Shown: one piece after another, positions 1 through 9,038 of the stretch | Layout: each line of letters opens with the position of its first letter | How positions within the stretch are numbered: the first letter of the stretch is position 1 | DNA from: a virus | Virus record (IMG/VR): IMGVR_UViG_3300035670_000068 | Coordinates: 46,317 to 110,316 of that record | Length of the DNA: 64,000 nucleotides | Reading direction: 5' to 3' (one strand) | Notes under the pieces: model-generated | Databases searched by the model: none | Told to the model about the DNA's origin: nothing | Seen by the model: the letters and a program-made list of their open reading frames with translations, nothing else | Position numbers and translations under genes: made by a program

Positions 1-393
1 CCGCTGGTCGTCGTTGGGCTCTGTTATCCAGGTGCCGTCTGCGCCGATCTCGTCCGTGCAGACGATCCAGACCATTCTCTCGGGCTCCCAGACTATCCAG
101 GCCGACCCTAGCCTCTTGCCATATTTGGCTACAGCCAGGGCGAACACACCGTCTTTGGCTACCGGCTCTTCAACCCTTCCAATGCTGTTCTCCCAGCTCT
201 CGTAGTAGGCAAAGCCTGTGGGCAGCACCAGCACCTCGTCGGAATACTCGAACGAGATCAGGTGAGGGCTGCGCTTCAATTTGGTCAGGAAGTTCGGGGT
301 GCCATCTACGCAGACCAGAAAGGCGGTTCTATCCCGGATTTCTTCGAACGATATGGCTCTGTTGACCAGGACGTTCTGGTATTTCTTGCTCAT
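1..393 (-). CDS. Hypothetical protein, runs off the left edge of the window (MSKKYQNVLVNRAISFEE...)
   Basis: ATG at 391-393 overlaps the stop of the upstream ORF (ATGA); frame open to position 1; translated by hand. Confidence 0.7.
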   Translation of the reverse strand, partial: MSKKYQNVLVNRAISFEEIRDRTAFLVCVDGTPNFLTKLKRSPHLISFEYSDEVLVLPTGFAYYESWENSIGRVEEPVAKDGVFALAVAKYGKRLGSAWIVWEPERMVWIVCTDEIGADGTWITEPNDDQR

Positions 394-878
394 GACCAGG
401 CTCCATAGAGTCTTGGCTTAGGTGTCTTGTCAGGCACTTTGCGAGGTGGCTCTTGAGCAGGTCGAGCCTCATCCCTGGCCAGGTAAACCAACATGGCCAT
501 CTTCATTTCAAACTCTTCGGAGCAAGAGCTGATCAGCTGGGAGAAGGTTGCCCAGGCATCGTGAAAATGGTCGTGGTATTCGTTCCCGGAGCACCAGCAG
601 TTGCCTGTCCAGTAGACCTGGGCGATCACCTCTTGGTCCCGCACCAGCATGGCGAATCTCTGCTTGGCAGCCATGTTTCTCGGGACATAAACCTCGCTGA
701 TCCGGGAGTGATCTCGAACCAGCTCCACGCCTTCTACGACCGTCAACCCCTCGTCGTTTCCGATGTGTGTCGTTACCGGCTTGAGGTTCACCGGCTTGTC
801 GTAGAGGTCTTGACCAGGCTCATTGACCAGCTTTGGAATCATGGAGTGGTTGATCTTGATCCACACCACTTCACTCAT
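390..878 (-). CDS. Hypothetical protein with C-terminal YGAWS motif
   Basis: ORF track 390..896; likely start MSEVVW coupled to the upstream stop. Confidence 0.75.
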   Translation of the reverse strand: MSEVVWIKINHSMIPKLVNEPGQDLYDKPVNLKPVTTHIGNDEGLTVVEGVELVRDHSRISEVYVPRNMAAKQRFAMLVRDQEVIAQVYWTGNCWCSGNEYHDHFHDAWATFSQLISSCSEEFEMKMAMLVYLARDEARPAQEPPRKVPDKTPKPRLYGAWS

Positions 879-1405
879 GAGAAGGCTCCAAAGCACTCAG
901 GCTTTTTGACGGTCTTGATCTTGGTTGGCTTCACGGCGGTCGTTTGAGCCTTGTAGATTCGCTTCATGATCCTGGCCTGGTCTGGCTCAAGTGAAACCAG
1001 GTCTGCGAACTCTTCCCAAGCCTGCATGAACAACGGGAAGGTCTCGACCTCCTTAGTGGGCACAGCGTTCTTGCTGCCGGCGCTGACGTTGTTTACAACC
1101 CAGCAGCAGCCGTCAGTGCGGTCAGGCTCGTAGTAGATCGAAAACGAGCTCCATGAGCCTTTGGCGTTCTCGAAGCGGATCAAGGCTACCGGGTTCCAGT
1201 GCTCGTCTTGAAGCCTGTCGAACGGGAAGTCCCTGCCCTCTTCCACCTCGACGTTCACGAAGTCCCGTAGGTAGAGAATCTGGTCGCTGTCGTAAGCGCC
1301 CATGCCCTCCATGATGACCTGGTAGCCTTTTACCTCTTGGTCTTCGTTAAGCCAGGTCTCAAGCGGCCCGAGCATCAGTTCGTAGGACTTGGTGGTCATG
1401 CCCAC
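875..1405 (-). CDS. Hypothetical protein with C-terminal FGAFS motif
   Basis: 176-aa ORF in a coupled operon. Confidence 0.75.
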   Translation of the reverse strand: MGMTTKSYELMLGPLETWLNEDQEVKGYQVIMEGMGAYDSDQILYLRDFVNVEVEEGRDFPFDRLQDEHWNPVALIRFENAKGSWSSFSIYYEPDRTDGCCWVVNNVSAGSKNAVPTKEVETFPLFMQAWEEFADLVSLEPDQARIMKRIYKAQTTAVKPTKIKTVKKPECFGAFS

Positions 1406-1620
1406 TCCCCGAACGATTCAGGCTTCGGAGCTGGAATCCGGGATTGCTCGATCTTCTCCACATGGCGATCGATCGCTCGCTTCATGAGTTCGGTTTCGCT
1501 GGGTATCTGCTTCATCAGGGCTCTGACGGCGGCAGCTCCTACCTCTGGAGGCAGCGGCTTGTGCATGGCCGCCTCCCGACGCTCAACCTCTTTCATCAGG
1601 TAGTCAAAGTAGTCCGACAC
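1396..1620 (-). CDS. Small hypothetical protein with C-terminal FGEWA motif
   Basis: GTG at 1618-1620 preceded by AGAGG RBS; lies downstream of the operator/promoter at 1661. Confidence 0.7.
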   Translation of the reverse strand: MSDYFDYLMKEVERREAAMHKPLPPEVGAAAVRALMKQIPSETELMKRAIDRHVEKIEQSRIPAPKPESFGEWA

Positions 1621-1660
1621 TTCCCAATGCCTCTCTGCGTTTATTAGTAAATGGTTAATA

Positions 1661-1678
1661 ACTAACTCTCTAGTTAGT
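1661..1678. promoter_or_regulatory. 18-bp operator ACTAACTCTCTAGTTAGT next to a minus-strand -10-like CATACT
   Basis: Perfect 7-bp arms ACTAACT/AGTTAGT; member of the ~30-copy family. Confidence 0.75.
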
Positions 1679-2028
1679 AGTATGACAGTGAGGACTTGGG
1701 AATGACAGATCACCTCGTCCGGGAGCCTGTCTCTGGAAACGCTCTATAAGCTCGTCTGACGCTTGCCCATTTCGAAGCGCTATCTGCGCTCGTCTTTTTC
1801 GAGATCGTTCGATACCGCGCAAATCTGAGCGCTTCCCGAGCGCTTCCCTGCTCAGTCATCAGCTCAGTTTTCGACTAGCGCGGGTCTATGAACAAAATCG
1901 CAACTTTTGTTGCGCTCCCGGCAGGCTGAGAGCGTGACTTGGTGCGGGGTTGGAGCTACCCGAGGTGGCATTTTGTGAAGTTCAAGTTCACAGAGGTTCA
2001 CGCCTCGGTTGATCATTTTTTGAGCAAT

Positions 2029-2052
2029 AAAAAGCCCTCACTAGGAGGGCTT
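2029..2052 (-). terminator. Rho-independent terminator
   Basis: AAGCCCTC-ACTAG-GAGGGCTT hairpin with an A-run (U-tract on the minus strand) just after the stop at 2056. Confidence 0.7.
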
Positions 2053-2055
2053 GGA

Positions 2056-2286
2056 TCACATGGCCATCTTGTATTCGTGGTACAGATAGTCGAGCAGAAT
2101 GGCTTTCTTGGTGTCTCTGTCGAGAACCGACCACTGAGCTTCTGCTGGCGAGCCAGAGAAGAACATGGATGCGTTCATTCCGTCACCCTGGTCGATGAAG
2201 TCCTGGATCAGCCTTACGGAGTCATCGAGGTCGCTGTACTCACAGGCGTCGTCGATCAGCTGCTTGATCTTGGTCAGGTGACTCAT
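2056..2286 (-). CDS. Hypothetical protein
   Basis: ORF; likely start MSHLTK coupled to the upstream stop. Confidence 0.65.
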   Translation of the reverse strand: MSHLTKIKQLIDDACEYSDLDDSVRLIQDFIDQGDGMNASMFFSGSPAEAQWSVLDRDTKKAILLDYLYHEYKMAM

Positions 2287-2606
2287 TTCGGACCCCCAGC
2301 CTGCAGGCAAGCATAGACTTTGAGGCTGACTTCCAGATCACCGAACTCGTACAGACCGGCCTGGTATCCACCGGCGTCGTAGCTCTGCAGAACGTCCTCG
2401 TTGCGAATCTTGTCGCCAATTCGAACCACGTTCAGCACTCCGCTGATGTGGCGATCTGCATCGACGAAGGCAACCCGGTCGACATACACCATCGAGCCAT
2501 CGTCGCTCTTGTCTTCCTCGACCACCGTGTAGGCGATGCGCTGACCGTTGGTTAGGCAGTACATGCGGCCGGTGTTGAAGGCGTAGAACTTGTCGTTCAT
2601 GGTCAT
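2283..2606 (-). CDS. Hypothetical protein
   Basis: 107-aa ORF with GGAG RBS. Confidence 0.7.
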   Translation of the reverse strand: MTMNDKFYAFNTGRMYCLTNGQRIAYTVVEEDKSDDGSMVYVDRVAFVDADRHISGVLNVVRIGDKIRNEDVLQSYDAGGYQAGLYEFGDLEVSLKVYACLQAGGPK

Positions 2607-2682
2607 ACTCCGTTTACCCTTTCTCGCTTGTTTGTTGCTGTTGCGAGCATTTTACAAGCGAGATCGAGGCAGAAGGAGGCAA

Positions 2683-3099
2683 TTAGGACAGGCTAAGCGG
2701 GGGCCATTTGCTCAGATCGACACCGCACATGAGGCTCAGAACACCTTCGGGGATAGGCGAGAACCTGGGGAAAGACTCCTGGACCCAATACTCGAAGCGC
2801 TGCTGGTCTGGCCAGAACACTCCATGCTGAGCAGCTGGTCCCATCCACATGCGAGCCCGGTAGTCGATGTAGGTGCCATCCGGCAGTTCGATCCACCAGT
2901 GAGTGACGCCAACCAGGTCGTCACCGGACACCGCTTCGTCATCCATGAGCGCGCGGTCAGTGAGTAGGCCTGTGTTGATGTGGTGATCGATGCCGTTCTT
3001 GTCCAGGAGCAGCGATATCACCCTGGACATGCCGTCACATTCCATGTGCCTGATTGGATCGAGGGGATCGAGCCAGGCCTGCAGCTTATCCACGCCCAT
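2683..3099 (-). CDS. Hypothetical phage protein (ECDG...HWW...IDYRARMW motifs; possible papain/transglutaminase-like C-H-D triad)
   Basis: 138-aa ORF; motif reading only. Confidence 0.6.
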   Translation of the reverse strand: MGVDKLQAWLDPLDPIRHMECDGMSRVISLLLDKNGIDHHINTGLLTDRALMDDEAVSGDDLVGVTHWWIELPDGTYIDYRARMWMGPAAQHGVFWPDQQRFEYWVQESFPRFSPIPEGVLSLMCGVDLSKWPPLSLS

Positions 3100-3503
3100 C
3101 AGTCGTGATCCGCAGTCACCGCAGCGTACAGAATCCCTTCTGCGGTCTTCTTGGCCTCTTCCAGCTTGGCTTGCATCCGCGCAACCATCTGCCTGTGAGC
3201 AGCCTCTGCATCTGACCAGACTGACGTTCTGAATACCGGCTCGAAGTGGCTCGGTTTCAACCTGCCTTCTTCGTGCATGAACACCATAGTCTCGAAGAAC
3301 AGAGGCTCCTGACCAAACCTATGGGACAGGTCGTAGCCCATGAACACAGTGCTGACCCATACATTCTCTATCATGGTCTCAGCGACTCGCCGCTCTTCGC
3401 TTTGCATGAACAGCACCCATTCCTCTACGGATTCGCAGAGAACCGGCGCCTTGTCCTTGAGAATGTATCGGCCAAATCTCACTGCTTCACACCTTCTACC
3501 CAC
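3099..3503 (-). CDS. Conserved phage hypothetical protein (VSTVF.G.D...PLFFETMVF)
   Basis: Motif recurrent among phage hypothetical proteins. Confidence 0.65.
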   Translation of the reverse strand: MGRRCEAVRFGRYILKDKAPVLCESVEEWVLFMQSEERRVAETMIENVWVSTVFMGYDLSHRFGQEPLFFETMVFMHEEGRLKPSHFEPVFRTSVWSDAEAAHRQMVARMQAKLEEAKKTAEGILYAAVTADHD

Positions 3504-4015
3504 CAGTCGATGCTGGAGAACTCATTGGCGTACAGAACAATGTCGTTGTTCGGCATGATCTGCGCCACCTGGAAGCCATCGGTCAGCCCCAGACCGAATT
3601 TTTCTGGCTTGTTGCTTGAGCCAGAGGATATCACCTGCAGCTCACCCGGCTTAAACCCGTTGTTCTCGATGCGCTCGAAGGCCGCATACTTGAACTTCGG
3701 CATCGCAATGAACGGGCAGACCTGGACAGCGTACTCGGCACATTCCTTGTGCATGGGCAGATCAGCGAACAGTCGGTTGGAAATACTGATCGGGCCGCCA
3801 ACGAAAGCCATTTGACCATCAAGCCTTTGACCGCAAATGCCGCACTTGTGGTTTTTGACCGCATCCACCCACTTGAGCTGATCGATCACCCGGAAGTCAG
3901 GCTTGCCGTTGACCCACTGAACAGTGTGCGGGATCGGATAACCCCGCTCGTCCTTCTGCAGATCAGCCACGCGAGCAGGCGTTTCAACCAGGTTCAGGTC
4001 TTTCCAGGTTTTCAT
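3479..4015 (-). CDS. Zn-binding phage protein (CxxC...HxxC...CPF)
   Basis: 178-aa ORF with CGICG and MHKECAEYAVQVCPF. Confidence 0.7.
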   Translation of the reverse strand: MKTWKDLNLVETPARVADLQKDERGYPIPHTVQWVNGKPDFRVIDQLKWVDAVKNHKCGICGQRLDGQMAFVGGPISISNRLFADLPMHKECAEYAVQVCPFIAMPKFKYAAFERIENNGFKPGELQVISSGSSNKPEKFGLGLTDGFQVAQIMPNNDIVLYANEFSSIDWWVEGVKQ

Positions 4016-4209
4016 GCTTCAAACCACTCGATCACGGACCAGTCGTAGCTCAGCTCAGAGCCATCCGGGAGGCGCCAGTTGCAGTCGCTTTCATCGACGG
4101 CGACCAGTTCGTGCTCCTGGACGTTCTTGGAGCTGCAGTGCTCAATTCGGCACAACACCTGAGAGCCCGGCTTCGGCTGTTTCTCAAGAGCCTTGACCCA
4201 GCCCATCAC
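4012..4209 (-). CDS. Small hypothetical protein (DUF551-like)
   Basis: W...P..G..VL...W pattern, coupled ORF. Confidence 0.55.
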   Translation of the reverse strand: MMGWVKALEKQPKPGSQVLCRIEHCSSKNVQEHELVAVDESDCNWRLPDGSELSYDWSVIEWFEA

Positions 4210-4676
4210 ATGAACCTCGCAAGCATCGGCTGTACCTTGCCGAACTTCTCTTTCTCGTAGCCTTCCTGCCAGGGCAGTTTGCCTTTGGTGTCAGGCCACA
4301 CCCACTGCACAAACTCGGGCTTCTTCCAACCCATGTCCTCTGCGAAGGCGAAGGCTTGAACCGCATAGTCGTCAGCTCGACCGCTCTCGACGTTGACCAC
4401 GCTCATGGGCATGTTGAACCAGTCGTCTTCCGGGCTGAGCACACCAGGGCCGCCACAGCGAGTCTTCTGGTTGACGATCTCGTCGTAGTAGCGATTCAGG
4501 TACGGAGCCACCATTCGCATATCCAGGCCGAACACGATGACTTCCGGGAGTCCGTGCGCAGCGAAGCCGATGGTGTAGGTAAATGGCGGCGACTTCTCGT
4601 CACCGAAGATGCCGAACAGGTGCAGGCCGCAGCGGTCGACGTTCTGCTTGATATCGCCGTAGTAGGGGGAAATCAT
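4206..4676 (-). CDS. DUF4262-like protein
   Basis: PPFTYTIG...GLPEVIVFGL...QWVWPD..GKLPW..GY motifs. Confidence 0.7.
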   Translation of the reverse strand: MISPYYGDIKQNVDRCGLHLFGIFGDEKSPPFTYTIGFAAHGLPEVIVFGLDMRMVAPYLNRYYDEIVNQKTRCGGPGVLSPEDDWFNMPMSVVNVESGRADDYAVQAFAFAEDMGWKKPEFVQWVWPDTKGKLPWQEGYEKEKFGKVQPMLARFM

Positions 4677-4746
4677 TTTAGGTTCTCGCTTTCGATTAAC
4701 TATGCGCTTAGTTTATCGAAGCGCATCTGGCAAGTGCTGGGCTTTG

Positions 4747-5139
4747 TCAGGGGAAGTAGCTTATTGCCGCGTGAGCAGAGTATTTCTGGAGGGTGGCGTC
4801 GTGGGTCAGCAGGATCATGCCTTCGATCTGAGCCTGGCCAATCAGAGCGCGGTCGAAGGGATCGCCGTGAATGTGAGGAAGGCTGGAGGCAGCGATAGCG
4901 TGATCGGAGCTCATGGCGAGCTCCAGGTAGCCGGCACCAACGAGAGCCGTCCTGATCACCCCAGGGTCGTACATGAAGGCGATCTTGTTGAGCGCTCGTT
5001 TGATGCCGATCTCCCAGATGCTCATGGAGCTGAAATACAGCTCGCCGGGACCGTTGATGATCTGAGGCACGCCGTTCGGAAGAGCTCCTGGACATACGCA
5101 GGCCCAGAGCAGCAGGTGAGTGTCGAGAAGGTACTTCAT
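4747..5139 (-). CDS. vapC: PIN-domain (VapC-family) toxin
   Basis: YLLDTHLLLW, SSMSIWEIGIK, HGDPFDRALIGQA, LLTHD motifs. Confidence 0.92.
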   Translation of the reverse strand: MKYLLDTHLLLWACVCPGALPNGVPQIINGPGELYFSSMSIWEIGIKRALNKIAFMYDPGVIRTALVGAGYLELAMSSDHAIAASSLPHIHGDPFDRALIGQAQIEGMILLTHDATLQKYSAHAAISYFP

Positions 5140-5378
5140 AGACCGAACATTTCCTCGATCTCCTTCTGGAACGGCGTGTCGATATCATCAGGCACAGGTG
5201 GGTAAACCCCAACCAGCATACCCATGCGGCTCTTCTTCTCGGGCTCGTAAGCGACAACCTTGACCATAGGCTTGCCGGCTTTAGCGATGACGTACTCGCA
5301 GCCGCCGCTGACCACCTTCTCGATGACTTTGGACAGGTTTGTCTTGGCGTCGTGGATGTTCATGGTTTCGGTCTTCAT
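5136..5378 (-). CDS. Phd/YefM-family antitoxin
   Basis: MNIHDAKTNLSKVIEKV...VIAKAGKP; overlaps the toxin start. Confidence 0.92.
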   Translation of the reverse strand: MKTETMNIHDAKTNLSKVIEKVVSGGCEYVIAKAGKPMVKVVAYEPEKKSRMGMLVGVYPPVPDDIDTPFQKEIEEMFGL

Positions 5379-5394
5379 GATGACCTCCGCTTGT

Positions 5395-5420
5395 GATTAG
5401 CTAAATCAGTCTAGCTAATC
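5395..5420. promoter_or_regulatory. Inverted repeat GATTAGCTA-N8-TAGCTAATC, probable autoregulatory operator of the TA operon
   Basis: Perfect 9-bp arms directly upstream of the antitoxin RBS. Confidence 0.65.
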
Positions 5421-5453
5421 CATCGCGGCGCGTGAACAGCGTTTCGTCGCAAG

Positions 5454-5477
5454 AAAAAGCCACCCGTAGGTGGCTTA
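5454..5477 (-). terminator. Rho-independent terminator
   Basis: AAGCCAC-CCGTAG-GTGGCTT hairpin with A-run. Confidence 0.6.
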
Positions 5478-5774
5478 TTTGAACACTCGACTGACCGCAG
5501 CGTCTGCCGTGATCTCCATCAAGGCCTTGAAACCTGTAAAGACCCCGTTTCGGTGCAGAATCTGGTCGTACATGCCTTCGCTATCCCGGTACACAACCGG
5601 CGTGTTCGTCAGATCGAAAGCCTCATGAGCTACAGCGATCACATCCTCTGCATCGTTGGTCACGCTCATGGCGCCGCGATTCAGATCGACGATGATCAAG
5701 CAGCGGCCTTGATCGGTTTCCGCCAGTGTCCAGGTCCACTCAGACCGAGTTTTTCTTGGGCTTTTCAATGCCAA
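5475..5774 (-). CDS. Hypothetical protein (SVTNDAE...YRDSEG.YD family)
   Basis: 99-aa ORF. Confidence 0.65.
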   Translation of the reverse strand: MALKSPRKTRSEWTWTLAETDQGRCLIIVDLNRGAMSVTNDAEDVIAVAHEAFDLTNTPVVYRDSEGMYDQILHRNGVFTGFKALMEITADAAVSRVFK

Positions 5775-6150
5775 TATCCTCTGGCTCGATGATCAGGTCG
5801 TGGAAGGGCTTGAAGTCTTCCGGGTTGTAAACGTGCATTCGCCGCATGACCTGCATCAGTTGGTTCTCGACGCCCAGCTTCTGCATCATGATCAGCGAGC
5901 CGGCGCATTGCTTCTCGTTGCCGCTCTGTTCGTAGACCTCGTTGCCGTCTTCGTCTTCCGTCCAGGTGCCACCAGTCTTTCGGTTGTGGACCGTCTTGTG
6001 ACAGGAGAAGCTGGTCGCTTCCCCCGTCAGCAGGTCTTTGACGATACCCGGAACCCGCTCGGGGTGAAGATCGATAGCCTTGCTCTTGTCCTTGAGGAAC
6101 GGGCAGTTGGCACACGGCTTCTTGAGCGAGTAGGGGTTCCATTTAGCCAT
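5740..6150 (-). CDS. Cys-rich protein (PCxxCPF...FxCHK...CAG)
   Basis: Likely start MAKWNP; similar to the 56598..57038 product. Confidence 0.7.
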   Translation of the reverse strand: MAKWNPYSLKKPCANCPFLKDKSKAIDLHPERVPGIVKDLLTGEATSFSCHKTVHNRKTGGTWTEDEDGNEVYEQSGNEKQCAGSLIMMQKLGVENQLMQVMRRMHVYNPEDFKPFHDLIIEPEDIGIEKPKKNSV

Positions 6151-6457
6151 GATCTTCGGCCTTGATCGTGTGAGATTCAGGGATTGGACCGCGAGCAAAC
6201 TCCCAGCGAGCAACCGGCTGACTTGGCCGCTCAATGCTGTCCAGCCAGTCCTCGACGTAGCCTAATTTCTTGCCGATGAAGTGGAACATCTGAGCGTCTT
6301 TGACGGTCATCCAGCGGAAGAAATTGAGCGGCGAGCCCCCGTAGGTGCTGCGGGTCATCACTGTATCAGACTGACCAACGTACTCGATCTCCATATAGCG
6401 GACCCAATCGTCCCCCCTGATCACGTCGTCTCGTTCAAGGATGCCGATGCTGATCAT
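6143..6457 (-). CDS. Hypothetical protein
   Basis: 104-aa coupled ORF. Confidence 0.65.
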   Translation of the reverse strand: MISIGILERDDVIRGDDWVRYMEIEYVGQSDTVMTRSTYGGSPLNFFRWMTVKDAQMFHFIGKKLGYVEDWLDSIERPSQPVARWEFARGPIPESHTIKAEDHG

Positions 6458-6864
6458 ACGCGGCCACCCTTGATATCGCCGCTCACAGTTCTGACATTGC
6501 CGGCGATGTTCCCACCAGCCTGCACGTCACCGCTCACGGTCTGTACGTCACCGAAGCAGCTCTGGTTCACGCGCACATCGCCGCTGGTGGTCTTGATATC
6601 GCCCACGTCACCCGCAACAGCGACGTAGCCGCTGACCGTGTTCAGGGAGTTGAGCGATCCAGTGACCTCGATGTTGATCGGCCCGATGTTGCAGAGGCTG
6701 TCGATCACGGTCTTGCCGTCGATGATCACGCTGTTGCCGACCACCAGATCACCACCAACGTAGGTGCCGCTGATGTTCACGCCTTTGATCTCGATCTTGG
6801 CTTTGGTGGAGCCGCACAACGATCGGTTAATTTTCGCGAGCAAGCTCTTGAGACGGTTTTCCAT
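6454..6864 (-). CDS. Beta-solenoid repeat protein (TVSGDV repeats, DUF4097-like)
   Basis: Repeats NTVSGYV, KTTSGDV, QTVSGDV, RTVSGDI. Confidence 0.7.
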   Translation of the reverse strand: MENRLKSLLAKINRSLCGSTKAKIEIKGVNISGTYVGGDLVVGNSVIIDGKTVIDSLCNIGPINIEVTGSLNSLNTVSGYVAVAGDVGDIKTTSGDVRVNQSCFGDVQTVSGDVQAGGNIAGNVRTVSGDIKGGRV

Positions 6865-6957
6865 TTTCAGTTTCCGATTAGTTACTCGGCATGTAAACGC
6901 ATGGGTAGAACGTAAGTCACCCGTTAGTGAGCGTTTCGGACAAACTAAGGCTAGGCC

Positions 6958-7473
6958 TCAGTCGATGATCTCCGCGATCTCGGAGAGCTCCGGGTGCTTC
7001 GAAAGACGGGGGACAATCAAGTCCAGTTCCTCTTCCGTCAGATCACGGCAGCCCTCACCTTCCCCTTTCGTGATCATGAAGCGCACACGGCCGGCGAGCA
7101 TATCCAGCAGACCGTGATACTGGTCGTGGATGTAGTCGCGCAGAGGGTGGTCAGGCTTCTTCTCAGCCAGCTCCATCGAGATCATGGAGAGGGTCATGAG
7201 CCAGATTCCGTAGCTCACAGCTTCCATGCTGCAGGTGACGTAGTTGCCGTTGAAGGTGATCGGCTCGACTTCGGTGCTGTCCGGGAAGACCATGCACACA
7301 GCGCCATTCGGATACTTGCGGAACTCCCACATACCGCCCTTGTACTTCTCGCCGCACATCTTGGTCATGAAGTGGTAGGGGTAGGTGTCCAGAGGAACCG
7401 CTATGTCCTCGTAGTGAGTCAGCAGCGGGTTCGACTCATGCGGAAGAACGTCATACGGCTGGATGGTGCTCAT
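6958..7473 (-). CDS. Antirestriction protein, ArdB/KlcA family
   Basis: YKGGMWEF...NG...FP...NGN...SMEA...LMTLS...YHGL pattern typical of the Antirestrict family. Confidence 0.7.
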   Translation of the reverse strand: MSTIQPYDVLPHESNPLLTHYEDIAVPLDTYPYHFMTKMCGEKYKGGMWEFRKYPNGAVCMVFPDSTEVEPITFNGNYVTCSMEAVSYGIWLMTLSMISMELAEKKPDHPLRDYIHDQYHGLLDMLAGRVRFMITKGEGEGCRDLTEEELDLIVPRLSKHPELSEIAEIID

Positions 7474-7548
7474 TGATCTCTCCTTGTGATTTTGTTTCTG
7501 AGCGTATTGTCTCGCGCTCAGCGCGGCAGCGATACGCTGTCCTTGCGG

Positions 7549-7803
7549 CTACCGTCTTGCGATCCAGCCTACCGGCTCGCTGTCACGGTCTTCGAGTCGG
7601 TCGAACTCGCTGTGAGCGAGCTCCACATTGTCGAAGCAGAACCTGTTGGCGTAACCGCAGTAGTCAACGTCGGTCACAATAGCGGTGGTGAACATCAGCT
7701 TGATCATGGCCACATAGGTTCCGTCTTCGAGCTGACGCCACCTGAAATACCCGTTGGACGGGTTCTCAAGCTGCCTCTCGATCTCCGGGACTCGATCAGC
7801 CAT
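7549..7803 (-). CDS. Hypothetical protein
   Basis: 84-aa ORF. Confidence 0.65.
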   Translation of the reverse strand: MADRVPEIERQLENPSNGYFRWRQLEDGTYVAMIKLMFTTAIVTDVDYCGYANRFCFDNVELAHSEFDRLEDRDSEPVGWIARR

Positions 7804-8185
7804 CGCACTTGCCCGTCTGGAGCCTGTTCAGGAACTTCTGAGAGATAGGCGTTGCAAAGCTCTCGAAGGAGGAAAGGGTGAGCTTCGTGCCGCCATCACC
7901 CTCGGCTCTGCCTCGAATCAAATCAGTCGCTTGGCCGCCTGCAGAGAGTGGGGAGTTGGCGATGAAGCGAATCTCGAAAGACTGGCTGTAGCCGTCGAAC
8001 CGGCTATCCAGGCGCCAGTTGAAGCCGCAGTAAGGGTAGGCATTCAGATTGTCGTAGACCTGCTGAGCAGGCATATCGACAGTCACAACCTTGTAGGGCT
8101 CGCGATGCTCCAAAGGAGCGCCGGCGCAACCGGCTAGAACAGCCCCAACCACAGCAAATCCAAACAGTCGCGCCAGCACCATCAA
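7796..8185 (-). CDS. Putative lipoprotein
   Basis: Signal peptide with lipobox LAGC. Confidence 0.65.
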   Translation of the reverse strand: MMVLARLFGFAVVGAVLAGCAGAPLEHREPYKVVTVDMPAQQVYDNLNAYPYCGFNWRLDSRFDGYSQSFEIRFIANSPLSAGGQATDLIRGRAEGDGGTKLTLSSFESFATPISQKFLNRLQTGKCDG

Positions 8186-8502
8186 TTGATCTCCGATCTT
8201 TCAAGCAAAACGGCATTGCCGACGATCATATCATCGATGGGTAGAGCCCCCATAAGCGTGACCATCGACGTGGCCACCATGTTCAGAGGCAGCTTCATGA
8301 GCTTGCCTTCCTCGTTGCAGGCCAGGTAGGCGTACTCGACACCGGCGATCTTCAAAGGCTGGGCGAACGTCACAAGCTCCACCCAGCCACCGAAGAACTC
8401 GCGCAGCTTTTCCATGTTGATTAAGCCTTCCTCGAACCAGCCACCCGGAGAGCTCTGGTCGATCATGAAGGCGTTGCCGTTATGCGGGATTGCAAGCGCC
8501 AT
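8182..8502 (-). CDS. DUF3846-like protein
   Basis: GGWVE...CNEEGKLMKLPLN.VAT...IVGNAVL. Confidence 0.75.
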   Translation of the reverse strand: MALAIPHNGNAFMIDQSSPGGWFEEGLINMEKLREFFGGWVELVTFAQPLKIAGVEYAYLACNEEGKLMKLPLNMVATSMVTLMGALPIDDMIVGNAVLLERSEIN

Positions 8503-8680
8503 AAGTCACCCCACCATCCTTTGCGCCGATCACGTTCTTACGGAACACCGAGCGCTGTCCTTCGTCGAGCGGCCAGTCGATCTCATGACCACAGCCAGTA
8601 CACATCTTCTTGTCTTCACCGTGCAGCAGCACCAGCTCGGAGCACTTGCACTTAGGGCAAACCTTCGTCGTCATCCCCAT
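8480..8680 (-). CDS. Small Zn-ribbon protein
   Basis: CPKC...CTGC. Confidence 0.6.
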   Translation of the reverse strand: MGMTTKVCPKCKCSELVLLHGEDKKMCTGCGHEIDWPLDEGQRSVFRKNVIGAKDGGVTYGACNPA

Positions 8681-8829
8681 GTCCCATACTTGCTTTTGAC
8701 TTCAAACTCTTCGAGCTCGGCGATGCCGTCCTCGATCTCCTGCAGTTCGTTGGCCCTGGCCTGCAGAACGCCGGCGAGCTCGGTCAGAACGAACTTGCGC
8801 AGCCGCTCTTCGAACGGCGGAAGGCTCAC
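8671..8829 (-). CDS. 52-aa protein missing from the ORF track, ends in YGTWG
   Basis: Translated by hand: MSLPPFEERLRKFVLTELAGVLQARANELQEIEDGIAELEEFEVKSKYGTWG; GTG start overlaps the upstream stop, GAGG RBS; fills the gap between neighbours. Confidence 0.75.
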   Translation of the reverse strand: MSLPPFEERLRKFVLTELAGVLQARANELQEIEDGIAELEEFEVKSKYGTWG

Positions 8830-9038
8830 AGCTCACCTCGCAGCTTGCGAATCCGAGCGACGTTGCGAGCGATGGCATCGATCATCACCTGCTCACGCTC
8901 CTTGAAGCGATCCAGCGGAAGACCCTGCTTCTCTGCGTCGGCGGTTTGTTCACGCGCAGCCTTGAGGCCCATGCCCAGGACGCCGCACTTGACGCTCAGA
9001 ACGAACGCCAGCGGCCAGGTAACAAGGCGGCGCATCAC
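8826..9038 (-). CDS. Hypothetical protein
   Basis: 70-aa coupled ORF. Confidence 0.6.
   Translation of the reverse strand: MMRRLVTWPLAFVLSVKCGVLGMGLKAAREQTADAEKQGLPLDRFKEREQVMIDAIARNVARIRKLRGEL

Noticed and set aside
1940-2010. tRNA-like sequence (GCGGGGTTGGAGC...; GTTCA-loop hairpins)
   Set aside because: I could not fold a cloverleaf with a proper acceptor stem, anticodon arm and T-arm; tRNAscan would be needed.
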